From assembly GCA_963422395.1 (NCBI GenBank), contig OY729431.1:480001-544000 (forward strand): a stretch of 64,000 nt of DNA. Direction: 5' to 3'. Source of the DNA: Vicinamibacteria bacterium. Lineage in GTDB: Bacteria; Acidobacteriota; Vicinamibacteria; Marinacidobacterales; Marinacidobacteraceae. A program made the translations under genes and the position numbers. Positions within the stretch are counted from its first letter, which is position 1; each line of letters begins with the position of its first letter. Under the pieces are notes generated by a model. The model saw nothing but the letters and a program-made list of their open reading frames with translations. It did no database searches and was not told the DNA's origin. Below are positions 19,817 to 30,192 of this stretch, piece by piece.

Positions 19817-20421
19817 TCGAGCGGCTCAGCGGCACTCTCCTCGAGGCCGACGAAGGACGGGTGCTCCTGGATGTGCAGGGAGTGGGTTTCCGGGTGCGCG
19901 TCCCCGCGCTGACCAGCGCCCGGCTGCCGCAGGTGGGAAACGAAGCCTCGCTCATGGTGCGGACTCTGCTCCATCGGGAGGAGGCAGTGGTGCTCTATGG
20001 GTTTGCCTCGAAGGACGAAGCGGAGCTCTTCGATCGGCTCCGCGCGGTGAGCGGAGTAGGGCCGGGCGTTGCGCTGAACCTGCTCGCGCTTTCCCCCTCG
20101 CGCCTCCGGGAGGGGATCCGGGAAAGGGATGTCGATCTCCTGCGGGCTGCGCCCGGAGTGGGAGCGAAGCTGGCCCGGCGACTGATCACCGAACTCGCCG
20201 AAGCGCTGCCGGACGAGGAGAGTTCGGACCTGGCGCCCGAACCAGAGCTCCGGGATCCCCTCCGGGAGCAGCTCGTCAGCGCCTTCCTCCGCCTGCAATT
20301 CAGCGATCGGCGCCGCATCGAGGAAGTGGTGGACGGAGTGCGGCGGGAGATGCCCGAAGCTGAACTCCAGGATCTCTTCACGGCGGCTCTCGGCCGCCTC
20401 TCCGCGCGAGGCGGATCATGA
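19813..20421 (+). CDS. ruvA: Holliday junction branch migration protein RuvA
   Basis: (M)IERLSGTL, DVQGVGF, LYGF, VSGVGP, PGVGAKLARRLITEL. GTGA overlap with the ruvC stop. Confidence 0.93.
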   Translation: MIERLSGTLLEADEGRVLLDVQGVGFRVRVPALTSARLPQVGNEASLMVRTLLHREEAVVLYGFASKDEAELFDRLRAVSGVGPGVALNLLALSPSRLREGIRERDVDLLRAAPGVGAKLARRLITELAEALPDEESSDLAPEPELRDPLREQLVSAFLRLQFSDRRRIEEVVDGVRREMPEAELQDLFTAALGRLSARGGS

Positions 20422-22484
20422 CCTCCACTTCTCCAGCCGACAACAACGAGTTCTGGTTCGAGGCGCGCGATCGCCTGAAGGAGGCGGCGGCGCTCCTGAG
20501 CCGGGTTCGCCGGTTCTCGACCTATCGGCTCCTCGTCACCGCTTCGGCGGCGCTGGTGGCGTTCGGGGCCCTGGAAGAGCTCTTCTCCGCTGCCTGGCTA
20601 CTCGTCCCGGCCGCCGTGTTCACCGCGCTCGCGTTGGTCCACGATCGGGTCTGGCGTCGAGCGCAAGCGGTGCACCGCATCGCCGAAATGCATCACCGGG
20701 CGGCGCTGCGGGTGGACGCCGACACCGAGGGGGAGCCGGACCGGCCGGGAACTCCGGCGGCGACGATCCGCCGGGGCGGCGTTCCAGCGAGCCGGCCGTC
20801 GCTCGATGAAGAGCGGCGGCTTGCGAGCCGCCTCCATCGGATTCGCGATCTGGGAAACAGCCCATGGGCTGAGCACCTCGAGCTTTTCGGCGCAGGGCAG
20901 CTCTTCGAGCGGCTCGCCGACTGGAGGACGGACGCCGGCGGCGAGGTCCTGGCTAGGTGGATGCTGCGGCCGGCGCCGCCGGCCGAGATCAGGGAGCGGC
21001 AGGCGGCGATCCGCGAACTCGGTTCCCGGCTGGACATCCGCGAGGCGCTCGCCGCCGCCGACAGCTTGGAGGAGTGGCCGAGCGAACGGTGTTCATTCCT
21101 CCTGGACTGGCTGGGGACCGAGAGCAAAGCCCCGGCGGGAGCGGCAGGAGCCGGTCCGGGCGGCGGCGAGGAGGAAGAGGGAGCGGATGGAGTGGACGGG
21201 GCGGAAGGCGCGAAGGGAGATTCGACCGAGGGGAAGGCGCCCTGGCCGGCGCTGGCGCCCCCGAGGTTCGAGATCCTGATCTCGATGGCCGGGGGGCTGC
21301 TCAGCCTCGCGATCCTCGTCGAGGTGATCTTCTGGACCTCGAGGGGCGAAGTGCTGCTCTTCCCGATCCCGCTGCTCTTCGCGCTCGCCCTCGGCCTGCT
21401 GCGGCGCAAAGAGGTGCGTGCCCACGAGACCGTCAGCAGGGTGCTGGATCCCGAGATCGCCGGCCTGCGGGAGATCGCGGCAGCGCTGGCTTCGGAAGAT
21501 TACGAGTCTCCGCGGCTCAAGGAGCTGTACCGACGGCTCGAGGCGGCGCGCCGCCCCCTCGCCGGCCTGCAGCGGCTTCACTCCCGCTTGCGTCTGCGGC
21601 GCAACTTCCTTTTCGCGCCGGTGGCCGCCCTGGTGTTTTGGGGTACGCATCATGTGTGGGCCATCAACCGCTGGCGCCGCCGCCACGGGAACGCCATGCG
21701 CCGCTGGCTCGAGGCGGCGGGGGAGTTCGACGCCTTGGTTGCGCTCGCCCAATATGCGGTGGAACGCCCCGGCCATGTCTTCCCCGAACTGGACGAAATT
21801 CCGGGACTGGAGGCCGTCAACCTCGGGCATCCGCTGATTCCCGAGGCTCGCCTCCAGCGCAATACCGTGCGCCTCGGGCGCGGCGACGCCGAGGTGCTGA
21901 TCGTCACCGGCTCCAACATGTCGGGGAAGAGCACCCTGCTGCGCGCAATCGGCGTCAACTTCGTTCTCGCCCGGATGGGCGGCCCCACCGCTGCGACCAC
22001 CTTTCGGCTCGGCCCGCTGTCACTCGGCGCTTCCATCGCCGTCCACGACTCGCTGCGAGACGGCGTGTCGCGGTTCCTGGCGGAGTTGCTGGCGCTCCGT
22101 TCGGTGCTGGAAACCGGTTCTGCAGAGGAGCCCCTGCTCTTCCTGCTCGACGAGGTCCTGCAGGGAACGAACTCCAACGATCGGCGCGCCGCGGCTGGGG
22201 CCCTGCTCCGTGAACTCGGTCGGCGGTCGGCGGTCGGGGTGATGACCACCCATGATCTGTCGCTCACCGAGCTCGCCGACGAGCTGCCCGACCGGGTGCG
22301 GAACATGCATTTCACCGAGCGCGTCGTGGACGGAGCGATGGAGTTCGACTACCAGCTCCGCGACGGGGTGCTCCCGCACGGGAACGCCCTCGATCTGATG
22401 CGGATCCTGAAGCTGCCCGTGCCCGGAGCCGAAAGCGGCGACTTCACTTCGCTGCCGCCCCGCGGCACGGGCAGAGAGCACTGA
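20418..22484 (+). CDS. MutS-related membrane protein (TM segments plus MutS domain V ATPase; no mismatch-binding domain)
   Basis: Two hydrophobic hairpins, LGHPLI, Walker A TGSNMSGKSTLLR, DSLRDGVSRF, Walker B LLDEVLQGTNS, TTHD, FDYQLRDG. Confidence 0.88.
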   Translation: MTSTSPADNNEFWFEARDRLKEAAALLSRVRRFSTYRLLVTASAALVAFGALEELFSAAWLLVPAAVFTALALVHDRVWRRAQAVHRIAEMHHRAALRVDADTEGEPDRPGTPAATIRRGGVPASRPSLDEERRLASRLHRIRDLGNSPWAEHLELFGAGQLFERLADWRTDAGGEVLARWMLRPAPPAEIRERQAAIRELGSRLDIREALAAADSLEEWPSERCSFLLDWLGTESKAPAGAAGAGPGGGEEEEGADGVDGAEGAKGDSTEGKAPWPALAPPRFEILISMAGGLLSLAILVEVIFWTSRGEVLLFPIPLLFALALGLLRRKEVRAHETVSRVLDPEIAGLREIAAALASEDYESPRLKELYRRLEAARRPLAGLQRLHSRLRLRRNFLFAPVAALVFWGTHHVWAINRWRRRHGNAMRRWLEAAGEFDALVALAQYAVERPGHVFPELDEIPGLEAVNLGHPLIPEARLQRNTVRLGRGDAEVLIVTGSNMSGKSTLLRAIGVNFVLARMGGPTAATTFRLGPLSLGASIAVHDSLRDGVSRFLAELLALRSVLETGSAEEPLLFLLDEVLQGTNSNDRRAAAGALLRELGRRSAVGVMTTHDLSLTELADELPDRVRNMHFTERVVDGAMEFDYQLRDGVLPHGNALDLMRILKLPVPGAESGDFTSLPPRGTGREH

Positions 22485-22488
22485 GGCG

Positions 22489-23529
22489 GTGGCAGCGGGG
22501 ACGGGGGCCGGGGCCCGCCGCGAACACGAAGAGTTCCATCGGAGCCTGCGGCCGCGGAACTTCGCCGAATATGTCGGCCAGCGGGCGGTGCTCGAACAAC
22601 TGGAGATCAGCGTCCGGGCGGCGGCGAGCCGGGGCGAAGCGCTCGACCATGTTCTGCTGCACGGCCCGCCAGGGCTCGGAAAGACCTCACTGGCCGCAGT
22701 GCTCGCCCGGGAGCGCGATACCCCGATGCACACCTCGGCGGGGCCTCTGGTGCCCCGGACCGGGGACATGGTGGCCCTGCTGAACTCCCTCGCCCCGAAC
22801 GAAGTCCTGTTCGTGGACGAAATCCACCGACTCGCTCCAGCGGTCGCCGAGGTCCTGTATCCGGCGATGGAGGATCTCCATGTGGACATCATGGTGGGGG
22901 AAAAACTGGGCGCGCACACATTGCGGATCGACCTGCCATCCTTCACTCTGATCGGCGCCACCACCCGCGCCGATCTCCTGACCGGACCTCTCCGGGATCG
23001 GTTTCCGCTGGTGCACCAGCTCGAGTTCTATTCCGTGAGCGAGGTGGAACAGGTGCTCTTCCGGGCGGCGAAGGTGCTGCGGACCCGGCTCGAACCGGAT
23101 GCTTGCCGCGAGATCGCCGCGCGGGCGCGGGGGACGCCCCGGGTCGCCAACAATCTGCTGCGTCAGGTCCGCGACTATGCCGTAGTGCGCGGTGACGGCG
23201 TCGTGGACCGGAAGGCGGCGCTTTCGCTGCTCGATCTCGCCCAGGTGGACGAGCAAGGGCTCGACCGCTTCGACCGCCGCATTCTCGGGAGCTTGCTCGA
23301 CAACTTCGGCGGCGGGCCGGTGGGGGTCGCGAATCTGGCTGCCACCCTCGGGATGGACGCCCGGACGCTCGAGGAGGTGCACGAGCCCTATCTGATCTTC
23401 CGGGGTTTCCTGCGCCGAACCGCCAAGGGGAGGATGCTCACCGAACGTGGGGCGAGGCATCTGGGGCGCTGCCCGGCGGGCGGGCTCTTTTCGGGAACGC
23501 CGGACGAGGGCCCGTCGGGCGGCGGCTGA
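22489..23529 (+). CDS. ruvB: Holliday junction branch migration ATPase RuvB
   Basis: LRPRNFAEYVGQ, GPPGLGKT, FVDEIHRL, LYPAMED, GATTR, RGTPRVAN, GGPVG, EPYL. Confidence 0.97.
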   Translation: MAAGTGAGARREHEEFHRSLRPRNFAEYVGQRAVLEQLEISVRAAASRGEALDHVLLHGPPGLGKTSLAAVLARERDTPMHTSAGPLVPRTGDMVALLNSLAPNEVLFVDEIHRLAPAVAEVLYPAMEDLHVDIMVGEKLGAHTLRIDLPSFTLIGATTRADLLTGPLRDRFPLVHQLEFYSVSEVEQVLFRAAKVLRTRLEPDACREIAARARGTPRVANNLLRQVRDYAVVRGDGVVDRKAALSLLDLAQVDEQGLDRFDRRILGSLLDNFGGGPVGVANLAATLGMDARTLEEVHEPYLIFRGFLRRTAKGRMLTERGARHLGRCPAGGLFSGTPDEGPSGGG

Positions 23530-23566
23530 CCTCGCCGTCGGTTCCCGAACCGTCCGTTTCGCGGAG

Positions 23567-24634
23567 GTGAAGACCTCGGACTTCCACTTCGAATTGCCGG
23601 CCGAGCTCATCGCTCGGCATCCCGCCCCGGCGCGCGGCGATTCCCGGCTGCTCCACCTCGGGCGCGGCGGGCGGATTCGGCATCGGCGGTTCTCCGACCT
23701 GCCGGCCCTGCTTTCCTCCGGCGATCTGCTCGTCCGGAATATCTCCCGGGTCATCCCGGCGCGTATCCCGGCCGAGAAGGCCGGCCGCGGGGGCCGCGTC
23801 GAACTGCTCGTCCTGCCCCTGCCCTCCGATCGGGGAATGGTGTTCGAGGCGCTGACCCGGCCTGCCCTCCGCCGGGGAACCCGGCTGCTGGCCGGCGGTG
23901 CGGTCCTCGAGGTGGAAGATTCGATCGGCGATGGCCGGCGGCGGATCCGGATCGTCGAGGGAGCGGCGCATGTCCTGGCACTCGCCGAGCGGGCGGGCCG
24001 GACGCCGCTGCCTCCGTACCTCCGCCGCGGGAGCGCCGAGTCGTCCGCCGAGACGGAGCGGGATCGGGAGCGCTACCAGACGGTGTACGCCAGTGAGCCC
24101 GGCTCGATCGCGGCGCCCACCGCCGGGCTCCATTTCGAAGAAGCGATGTTCTCCCGGTTGGCAGCGCGAGGCGTCGATGTCCGGGATCTGATCCTCCATG
24201 TCGGTTACGGCACCTTCGCACCGGTCCGGACGGGGGACCCCCGGCATCACCAGCTCGCGGCGGAGCGGTTCGAGGTCCCGGAGCCGACCCGGCGGGCGGT
24301 GCTGGCGCAGCTCGACGCCGGACGCCGCGTGGTTGCGGTGGGTACCACCACGGTCCGGGTGCTCGAGACGCCCGGGGTCGTCGGGACGAAGGAGGCCGCC
24401 GGCGACACCTCGCTGCTGATCCTGCCCGGGCACCGGTTTCAGGTCGTCTCCGCGATGCTCACGAACTTCCACTTGCCGCAGAGTTCGCTGCTGATGCTGG
24501 TGTCCGCCCTCGGAGGCAGGGAGCAGGTCCTCGCTGCGTACCGTGAGGCAGTCCGCGAGCGCTACCGCTTCTACTCGTACGGTGACGCCATGCTCGTCGA
24601 GAAACGCGGCCGAGCAGTAACCGTTCCTCCGTAG
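23567..24634 (+). CDS. queA: SAM:tRNA ribosyltransferase-isomerase
   Basis: DFHFELPAELIA, PLPPYL, YQTVYA, AAPTAGLHF, LHVGYGTF, VGTT, TNFHLP, YRFYSYGDAML. Confidence 0.97.
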   Translation: MKTSDFHFELPAELIARHPAPARGDSRLLHLGRGGRIRHRRFSDLPALLSSGDLLVRNISRVIPARIPAEKAGRGGRVELLVLPLPSDRGMVFEALTRPALRRGTRLLAGGAVLEVEDSIGDGRRRIRIVEGAAHVLALAERAGRTPLPPYLRRGSAESSAETERDRERYQTVYASEPGSIAAPTAGLHFEEAMFSRLAARGVDVRDLILHVGYGTFAPVRTGDPRHHQLAAERFEVPEPTRRAVLAQLDAGRRVVAVGTTTVRVLETPGVVGTKEAAGDTSLLILPGHRFQVVSAMLTNFHLPQSSLLMLVSALGGREQVLAAYREAVRERYRFYSYGDAMLVEKRGRAVTVPP

Positions 24635-24635
24635 A

Positions 24636-25046
24636 ATGACGCCGATGCAGCGGCGCCGGGTCGGAAGCGGAGTGCCTTGGGAAGAGGAGTTCGGCTACTG
24701 CCGTGCGGTGCGGGTCGGTGACCGCATCCTCGTTTCGGGAACCACCGCCACCGGAAGCGGCGGACCGGTCGCCCTCGGCGATGCGCGGGAACAGACGCGA
24801 TTTGTGCTCGGCAAGATTCGCGCGGCCATCGAATCGCTCGGGGGCGCCCTCGAAGATGTGGTGCGCACCTGCATCCAGGTGCGGCCCGGCGCCGACTGGG
24901 AATCGGTCGCCCGGGTCCACGGAGAGGTGTTCGGCGCCGTCCGGCCCGCCTGCACGCTGACCTTCGCCGAGCTGGTCGGCGACGAGTATCTGGTGGAGAT
25001 CGAGGCAGAGGCGGTCGTCCGCGGGTCGGCGCCCGAAAACGAATGA
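24636..25046 (+). CDS. RidA/Rid family protein
   Basis: WEEEFGYCRAVRVG, VSGTT, DVVRT, RPACT, LVEIEAEA. Confidence 0.9.
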   Translation: MTPMQRRRVGSGVPWEEEFGYCRAVRVGDRILVSGTTATGSGGPVALGDAREQTRFVLGKIRAAIESLGGALEDVVRTCIQVRPGADWESVARVHGEVFGAVRPACTLTFAELVGDEYLVEIEAEAVVRGSAPENE

Positions 25047-28000
25047 GGATGCGGTCTCCGGCGGCGCCGCCCGGTCTTCCCCTCCGCCGTCTCCGGCACT
25101 GGGTGCCGGCGCCGATCCTCCCGGCGTTGGCGGCCTTCGGGGTTGCGGTGTCCTCGGTTGCAGCGTCCGCGGTCGTGCAAGGCCCCGTTCGCCGAGCGGA
25201 AGTTCCCGACGGGTTTTCCGTGCCGGCCGAGGTTCTCGGGGCTTTCGACTTTCGGATGGTCGGACCGTCGCGGGGCGGTCGGGTCACTACGGTGACGGGG
25301 GTTCGGGAAGAGCCGCATGTCTTCTACCTGGGTTCGACGGGCGGCGGAGTGTGGAAGACCGAAAATGCCGGGGTTTCCTGGACCGACATCTCCGACCGGG
25401 AGTTCGCGGTGGGTTCCATCGGCGCGGTGGCGGTCGCGCCCTCGGACCCGAATGTGGTCTATGTCGGAACCGGCTCCGCCTGCCCGCGCGGCAATGTCTC
25501 GGTTGGGAACGGGGTGTACCGCAGTACCGACGCCGGTCGCTCCTGGACCCACGCCGGCCTCGATCGGGCCGGGCTCATCGGGCGAATCGTGGTGGACCCG
25601 CGAGATCCGGACCGGATCTTCATTGCGGTACTCGGCCAGATCTTCGGCCGCTCGTCCGAGCGCGGGGTGTACCGCAGCGAAGACGGCGGCAACACCTGGG
25701 AAGCGGTGCTGCAGGTCTCGGAGAGCACCGGAGCGGTGGACCTGACCGTGAACCCGGCGAATCCCCGGGAGCTGTTCGCCGCCATGTGGCAGGCGGAACG
25801 AAAGCCGTGGACCCTGATCGACGGCGGCGCCGAGAGCGGTCTCTACCGTACCCGCAACGGCGGGGATCACTGGGAGCGGCTCGAAGGGGGCCTGCCGCAA
25901 GCTTCTGAGGACGCTCCGATCGGGCGCATCGGGGTCTCGATCGCAGCTTCCGACCCCCGGCGGGTCTATGCGCTCGTGACCGCGGCGGCGGAACGGGGCG
26001 GGCTCTACCGGAGCGATGACGGCGGCGACCGCTGGTCGCGGGTGAACGGCGACCGCCGGCTGCGCACTCGCGGCTGGTATTACAGCCATGTGGTCGCCGA
26101 TCCGACGGATCCGGACACGGTGTATGTCCTGAACGCTCCCTTGCTGCAATCGGTGGATGCCGGGGCCTCGTTCCGGCCGGTGCGGGTTCCGCATGGGGAC
26201 AACCACGACCTCTGGATCCATCCTGAAGATGCCCGCATCATGGTGGAGGCGAACGACGGCGGTGCCACGGTGTCCCTCGACGGCGGCGAGAATTGGTCCT
26301 CCCTCCACAATCAGCCCACCGCCGAGTTCTACCGCCTCACCTTGGACGATCGGTTCCCCCGCCGGCTCTACGGCGCGCAGCAGGACAACACCACGATCAG
26401 CGTGCCGGCCTGGACCGACGGCGGCCTGTCTCCCGAGACCCACTGGCGGGATGTCGCCGGAGGCGAGAGCGGACACATCGCGGTGACCCCCGGTCGGCCG
26501 GAGCTGACCTACGCCGGCAACTACATCGGCCAGATAGATCGTCGGGACGCTGCTGAGGCCGGGGCGCGCAATGTGATCCTCTACCCGGAGCTCGCCGACG
26601 GAGTGGCTCCCAGGGATCTGCGCTACCGGTTCCAGTGGAACGCCCCGATCCTGGTTTCCCGCCACGATCCGGAAGTCGTCTTCCACGCTTCGAACTTCGT
26701 CCACCGAACGAACGATGGCGGGCTCTCTTGGCGGACGATCTCGCCGGATCTGACCGCCGACGATCCGGAGAAGCAAGCGCTTCCGGGCGGCCCCGTCCAG
26801 TACGACCACACCGGCGTCGAGGTGTACGGCACGGTGTTCGCCCTCGCTGAATCGCCGCGGCAGGCGGGAATCCTCTGGGCCGGGACCGATGACGGCCGGG
26901 TCCACCTGTCGCGCGACGGGGGAGAGAGCTGGACCGAGGTGACCCCGCCGGAGATGCCGCCGGGAGCGACGGTGAACAGCGTGGACGCCTCCAGCCACCG
27001 CGACGGCGGCGCGATCCTCGCGGTGCATCGCTATCGGGAGAACGACTTCGCGCCGTATCTCTTCAGTACCGAGGACTTCGGGACGAACTGGACCCGGCGG
27101 GGTGCGGACGGGGGCCTTCCGGAGGGGCATCCGGTGCGAGTGGCCCGCCAGGATCCGACAGATGAACGGATTCTCTATCTGGGGACCGAATTCGGCCTCT
27201 TCCTCAGCCTGGACGGGGGCGCCGCCTTCGCCCCCTTCGGGGATCTGCCGGCGACCCCGATCACCGACCTTCGGGTGGCGGGTGACGAATTGTTCGTCGC
27301 CACCCAGGGCCGCTCCTTCTGGATACTCGACGACCTGAGCCCGGTGCGGGCGCTCGCCGGCCGCTCCTGGGATGTGCCCGCGCTCCTTCCCGCCGGGCCG
27401 GCAGTACGGCTCGCGACCGGCGGCGGGCGACCGTTCCGCGGCCCGGGAGCCCCCGAGAATCGCCCGCCGGGCGTCCTTCTCCATTACTTCCTCCCGGAGG
27501 ATCTCCCGGCAGGGAGTGCGCTCCGGATCACCATCACCGATGGTGCCGGCGCGACCGTCCGGGAGTTCACCCGGAAGCCGTCCCCGGCCGCTTCCGCGGG
27601 TGCGCGGGGCGGAGAACGCCCGGATCCGGACGCGGTGGATTCCGTTGGGGACTCCGCAGTGGATGCAATCCTCGATGCGGAAGCGGGGCTCCAGCGGATC
27701 GCCTGGGACCTGAAATACCGGAGGCCGAAACTCCAGCAGGGAGCGGTGATGTCCATTTCCTACACCGGCGGGATGTTCGTGCTTCCGGGGGACTACAGCG
27801 CTTCGCTGTGGACTACCGAGGGCGGCGCGGAAGACCGGGCGGAGAGATCGGTGGGGAGCGTGCCGCTCGTGGTGCGCGCCGATCCCAGGGTTTCGGCGGC
27901 GGCCGGCGATCTCCGCCAGCAGCACGACCTGGCGAGGCGGGCGCAGGCGCTTCTCGAAAGAGTCCACGAGCGGATCGGCGCCCTGCGGGAGGCGCGGCGC

Positions 28001-28384
28001 CAGCTCGATGCGCTTCTGGAGCGGGGGCGAGCGGCTTCGCTTTGGAGCGATGCCCTCGAGGAGCAGGCCGAAGCCCTGCGTAAACGACTCTCCGAGGTGG
28101 AGGAGCTCCTGATCCAGACGAAGAACGAGTCTGGCCAGGACCCCATCAACTTTCCGCCGAAGCTGGACAATCAGATCGCGTATCTCTACGGCCACATCGC
28201 CCGCAACTACGGACGCCCGACCGGCGGATCCTTCTCGCGCCTCGGCGACCTCGAAGCCGAAGCCGCACCGTTGCTGGCGCGCCTCGGGGAACTGCTCGGC
28301 GCGGGGGTCGCCGACCTGAACCGTGCTCTCGAAGAGGCAGGGATTACCGGCGAGGTGCTCGTGACCGGCACACCTTTCCCGTGA
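25043..28384 (+). CDS. Secreted VPS10/BNR-repeat (sialidase-like) glycosyl hydrolase
   Basis: Signal-like N-terminus, GPSRGGRV, repeated Asp-box SxDGGxxW motifs, HGDNHDLWI, YRFQWNAPI, ATQGRSFWILDD. Confidence 0.88.
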   Translation: MRMRSPAAPPGLPLRRLRHWVPAPILPALAAFGVAVSSVAASAVVQGPVRRAEVPDGFSVPAEVLGAFDFRMVGPSRGGRVTTVTGVREEPHVFYLGSTGGGVWKTENAGVSWTDISDREFAVGSIGAVAVAPSDPNVVYVGTGSACPRGNVSVGNGVYRSTDAGRSWTHAGLDRAGLIGRIVVDPRDPDRIFIAVLGQIFGRSSERGVYRSEDGGNTWEAVLQVSESTGAVDLTVNPANPRELFAAMWQAERKPWTLIDGGAESGLYRTRNGGDHWERLEGGLPQASEDAPIGRIGVSIAASDPRRVYALVTAAAERGGLYRSDDGGDRWSRVNGDRRLRTRGWYYSHVVADPTDPDTVYVLNAPLLQSVDAGASFRPVRVPHGDNHDLWIHPEDARIMVEANDGGATVSLDGGENWSSLHNQPTAEFYRLTLDDRFPRRLYGAQQDNTTISVPAWTDGGLSPETHWRDVAGGESGHIAVTPGRPELTYAGNYIGQIDRRDAAEAGARNVILYPELADGVAPRDLRYRFQWNAPILVSRHDPEVVFHASNFVHRTNDGGLSWRTISPDLTADDPEKQALPGGPVQYDHTGVEVYGTVFALAESPRQAGILWAGTDDGRVHLSRDGGESWTEVTPPEMPPGATVNSVDASSHRDGGAILAVHRYRENDFAPYLFSTEDFGTNWTRRGADGGLPEGHPVRVARQDPTDERILYLGTEFGLFLSLDGGAAFAPFGDLPATPITDLRVAGDELFVATQGRSFWILDDLSPVRALAGRSWDVPALLPAGPAVRLATGGGRPFRGPGAPENRPPGVLLHYFLPEDLPAGSALRITITDGAGATVREFTRKPSPAASAGARGGERPDPDAVDSVGDSAVDAILDAEAGLQRIAWDLKYRRPKLQQGAVMSISYTGGMFVLPGDYSASLWTTEGGAEDRAERSVGSVPLVVRADPRVSAAAGDLRQQHDLARRAQALLERVHERIGALREARRQLDALLERGRAASLWSDALEEQAEALRKRLSEVEELLIQTKNESGQDPINFPPKLDNQIAYLYGHIARNYGRPTGGSFSRLGDLEAEAAPLLARLGELLGAGVADLNRALEEAGITGEVLVTGTPFP

Positions 28385-28569
28385 GCCTTGATGCCGGCCT
28401 CGCCACTTTCGACCGTGCGCTCGATGTGGCCTGGAGGCGCCGAACCCGACCCCGTCACCCCAACTGAAGTCCCATCCGGTCGTTGCCGACGGATGCGGGC
28501 CGCCCCCTTGCCTCCCGGTGCGAATCCCTGCGTCTCATTTAGGATTCCCGTCTTCCAGGAAGCACCTTT

Positions 28570-30192
28570 TTGGCCCGGATCGAGTCCCGCATCTCCACCT
28601 GGTCCGATGAGTTCCGCGCCAACGAGGGGCACAACCTGAGGCTTTGCGAAACGCTTCGGGAGCGGATCGAGGAAGCCCGCGAGGGCGGGGGAGAGCGGGC
28701 GCGCGAGCGCCACGCCGAGCAGGGCAAGCTGTTCGTCCGGGAACGGATCGAGCGGCTCGCCGATCCCGGGACCCCCTTCCTCGAGATCGCCCCGCTCGCC
28801 GGTCTCGGCTGTTACGACACACCCACTCCGGCGGCGGGGCTGGTCGCGGGGGTCTCCTCGGTGTCGGGACGGCTGGTCATGGTGGCCGCCAACGACGCCA
28901 CCGTGAAGGGCGGGGCCTATTACCCGCTCACCGTGAAGAAACACCTCCGTGCCCAGGAGATCGCCGCCGACTGCAATCTGCCGTGCGTATATCTGGTGGA
29001 CAGCGGCGGGGCCTTCCTGCCGCTCCAGGCGGAGGTGTTTCCCGACCGCGACCACTTCGGCCGCATCTTCCGCAACCAAGCGGTGATGAGCGCCCGCGGC
29101 GTTCCCCAGCTGTCGGCGGTGATGGGGATGTGCACTGCAGGGGGTGCGTATGTGCCGGCGATGAGCGACGAGGCAGTCATCGTCTCGGGCACGGGGACGA
29201 TCTACCTCGGCGGCCCGCCGCTGGTGAAGGCGGCCACCGGCGAGGAAGTGACCCCCGAGGAGCTGGGCGGCGCGCGAGTCCACACCGAGCGTTCCGGAGT
29301 GGCCGACCACTTCGCGGCGGACGACGAGGCAGCGATCCGCGTTTTGCGCGACGCCGTGGGTCGGCTCTCTGCGGGTCCCGCCGGTTCGCTCCGCGACCGG
29401 GATCCGGAGCCTCCCGAGTACCCGGAGGAAGAGATCCTCGGCATCTGGCCCCGCGACCGTCGGACCCGGGTGGACATCCGGGAAACCCTCGCGCGTTTGC
29501 TCGACGGGAGCCGCCTCGACGAGTTCAAGGAGCGCTATGGCGCGACCCTGGTCACCGGTTTCGCGCACCTCGAGGGGATCGCCGTCGGAGTGGTGGCGAG
29601 CAACGGGGTACTTTTCAGCGAGAGCGGCCTCAAGGGGGCCCACTTCATCCAGATCTGCGCCCGGGAAGGGCTGCCGCTGCTGTTCGTCCAGGACATCACC
29701 GGGTTCATGGTGGGCGCCCGCTACGAACGGGCCGGCATCGCGAAGGACGGCGCCAAGCTGGTGCACGCGGTTGCAACCGCCGGGGTCCCGAAGGTCACCC
29801 TGATCGCCGGCGGGAGTTTCGGGGCCGGGAACTACGCGATGTGCGGACGCGCCTACGACCCCTCCTTCCTCTGGTCCTGGCCTTCGAGCCGCATTTCGGT
29901 GATGGGCGGCGAGCAGGCGGCCTCGGTACTGGTGCAGGTCAAGCGGGAGCAGCGAGAGCGTGCCGGAAAGGCGCTGTCCGAAGCCGAGGCCGGAGCGATC
30001 GCGGCCCCGGTGCGAGAACGGTACGAGCGCGAGGGCGACCCTTTCTACGCGACCGCCCGGCTCTGGGACGACGGCATCCTCGACATGCGCGACACTCGGA
30101 GGACGCTCTCGCTCAGCCTCGCCGCGGCGCTCGCTGCGCGCGAGGGCAACGCCTCCCCCCGCTGGTCCCGCCACGGGATCTTCCGGATGTGA
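28570..30192 (+). CDS. 3-methylcrotonyl/geranyl-CoA carboxylase beta subunit (LiuB/AtuC-like)
   Basis: ANDATVKGG, KKHLRAQEIA, VDSGGAFLP, CTAGGAYVPAMSD, GGSFGAGNYAMCGRAY, ARLWDDG, GIFRM. Confidence 0.93.
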   Translation: MARIESRISTWSDEFRANEGHNLRLCETLRERIEEAREGGGERARERHAEQGKLFVRERIERLADPGTPFLEIAPLAGLGCYDTPTPAAGLVAGVSSVSGRLVMVAANDATVKGGAYYPLTVKKHLRAQEIAADCNLPCVYLVDSGGAFLPLQAEVFPDRDHFGRIFRNQAVMSARGVPQLSAVMGMCTAGGAYVPAMSDEAVIVSGTGTIYLGGPPLVKAATGEEVTPEELGGARVHTERSGVADHFAADDEAAIRVLRDAVGRLSAGPAGSLRDRDPEPPEYPEEEILGIWPRDRRTRVDIRETLARLLDGSRLDEFKERYGATLVTGFAHLEGIAVGVVASNGVLFSESGLKGAHFIQICAREGLPLLFVQDITGFMVGARYERAGIAKDGAKLVHAVATAGVPKVTLIAGGSFGAGNYAMCGRAYDPSFLWSWPSSRISVMGGEQAASVLVQVKREQRERAGKALSEAEAGAIAAPVRERYEREGDPFYATARLWDDGILDMRDTRRTLSLSLAAALAAREGNASPRWSRHGIFRM

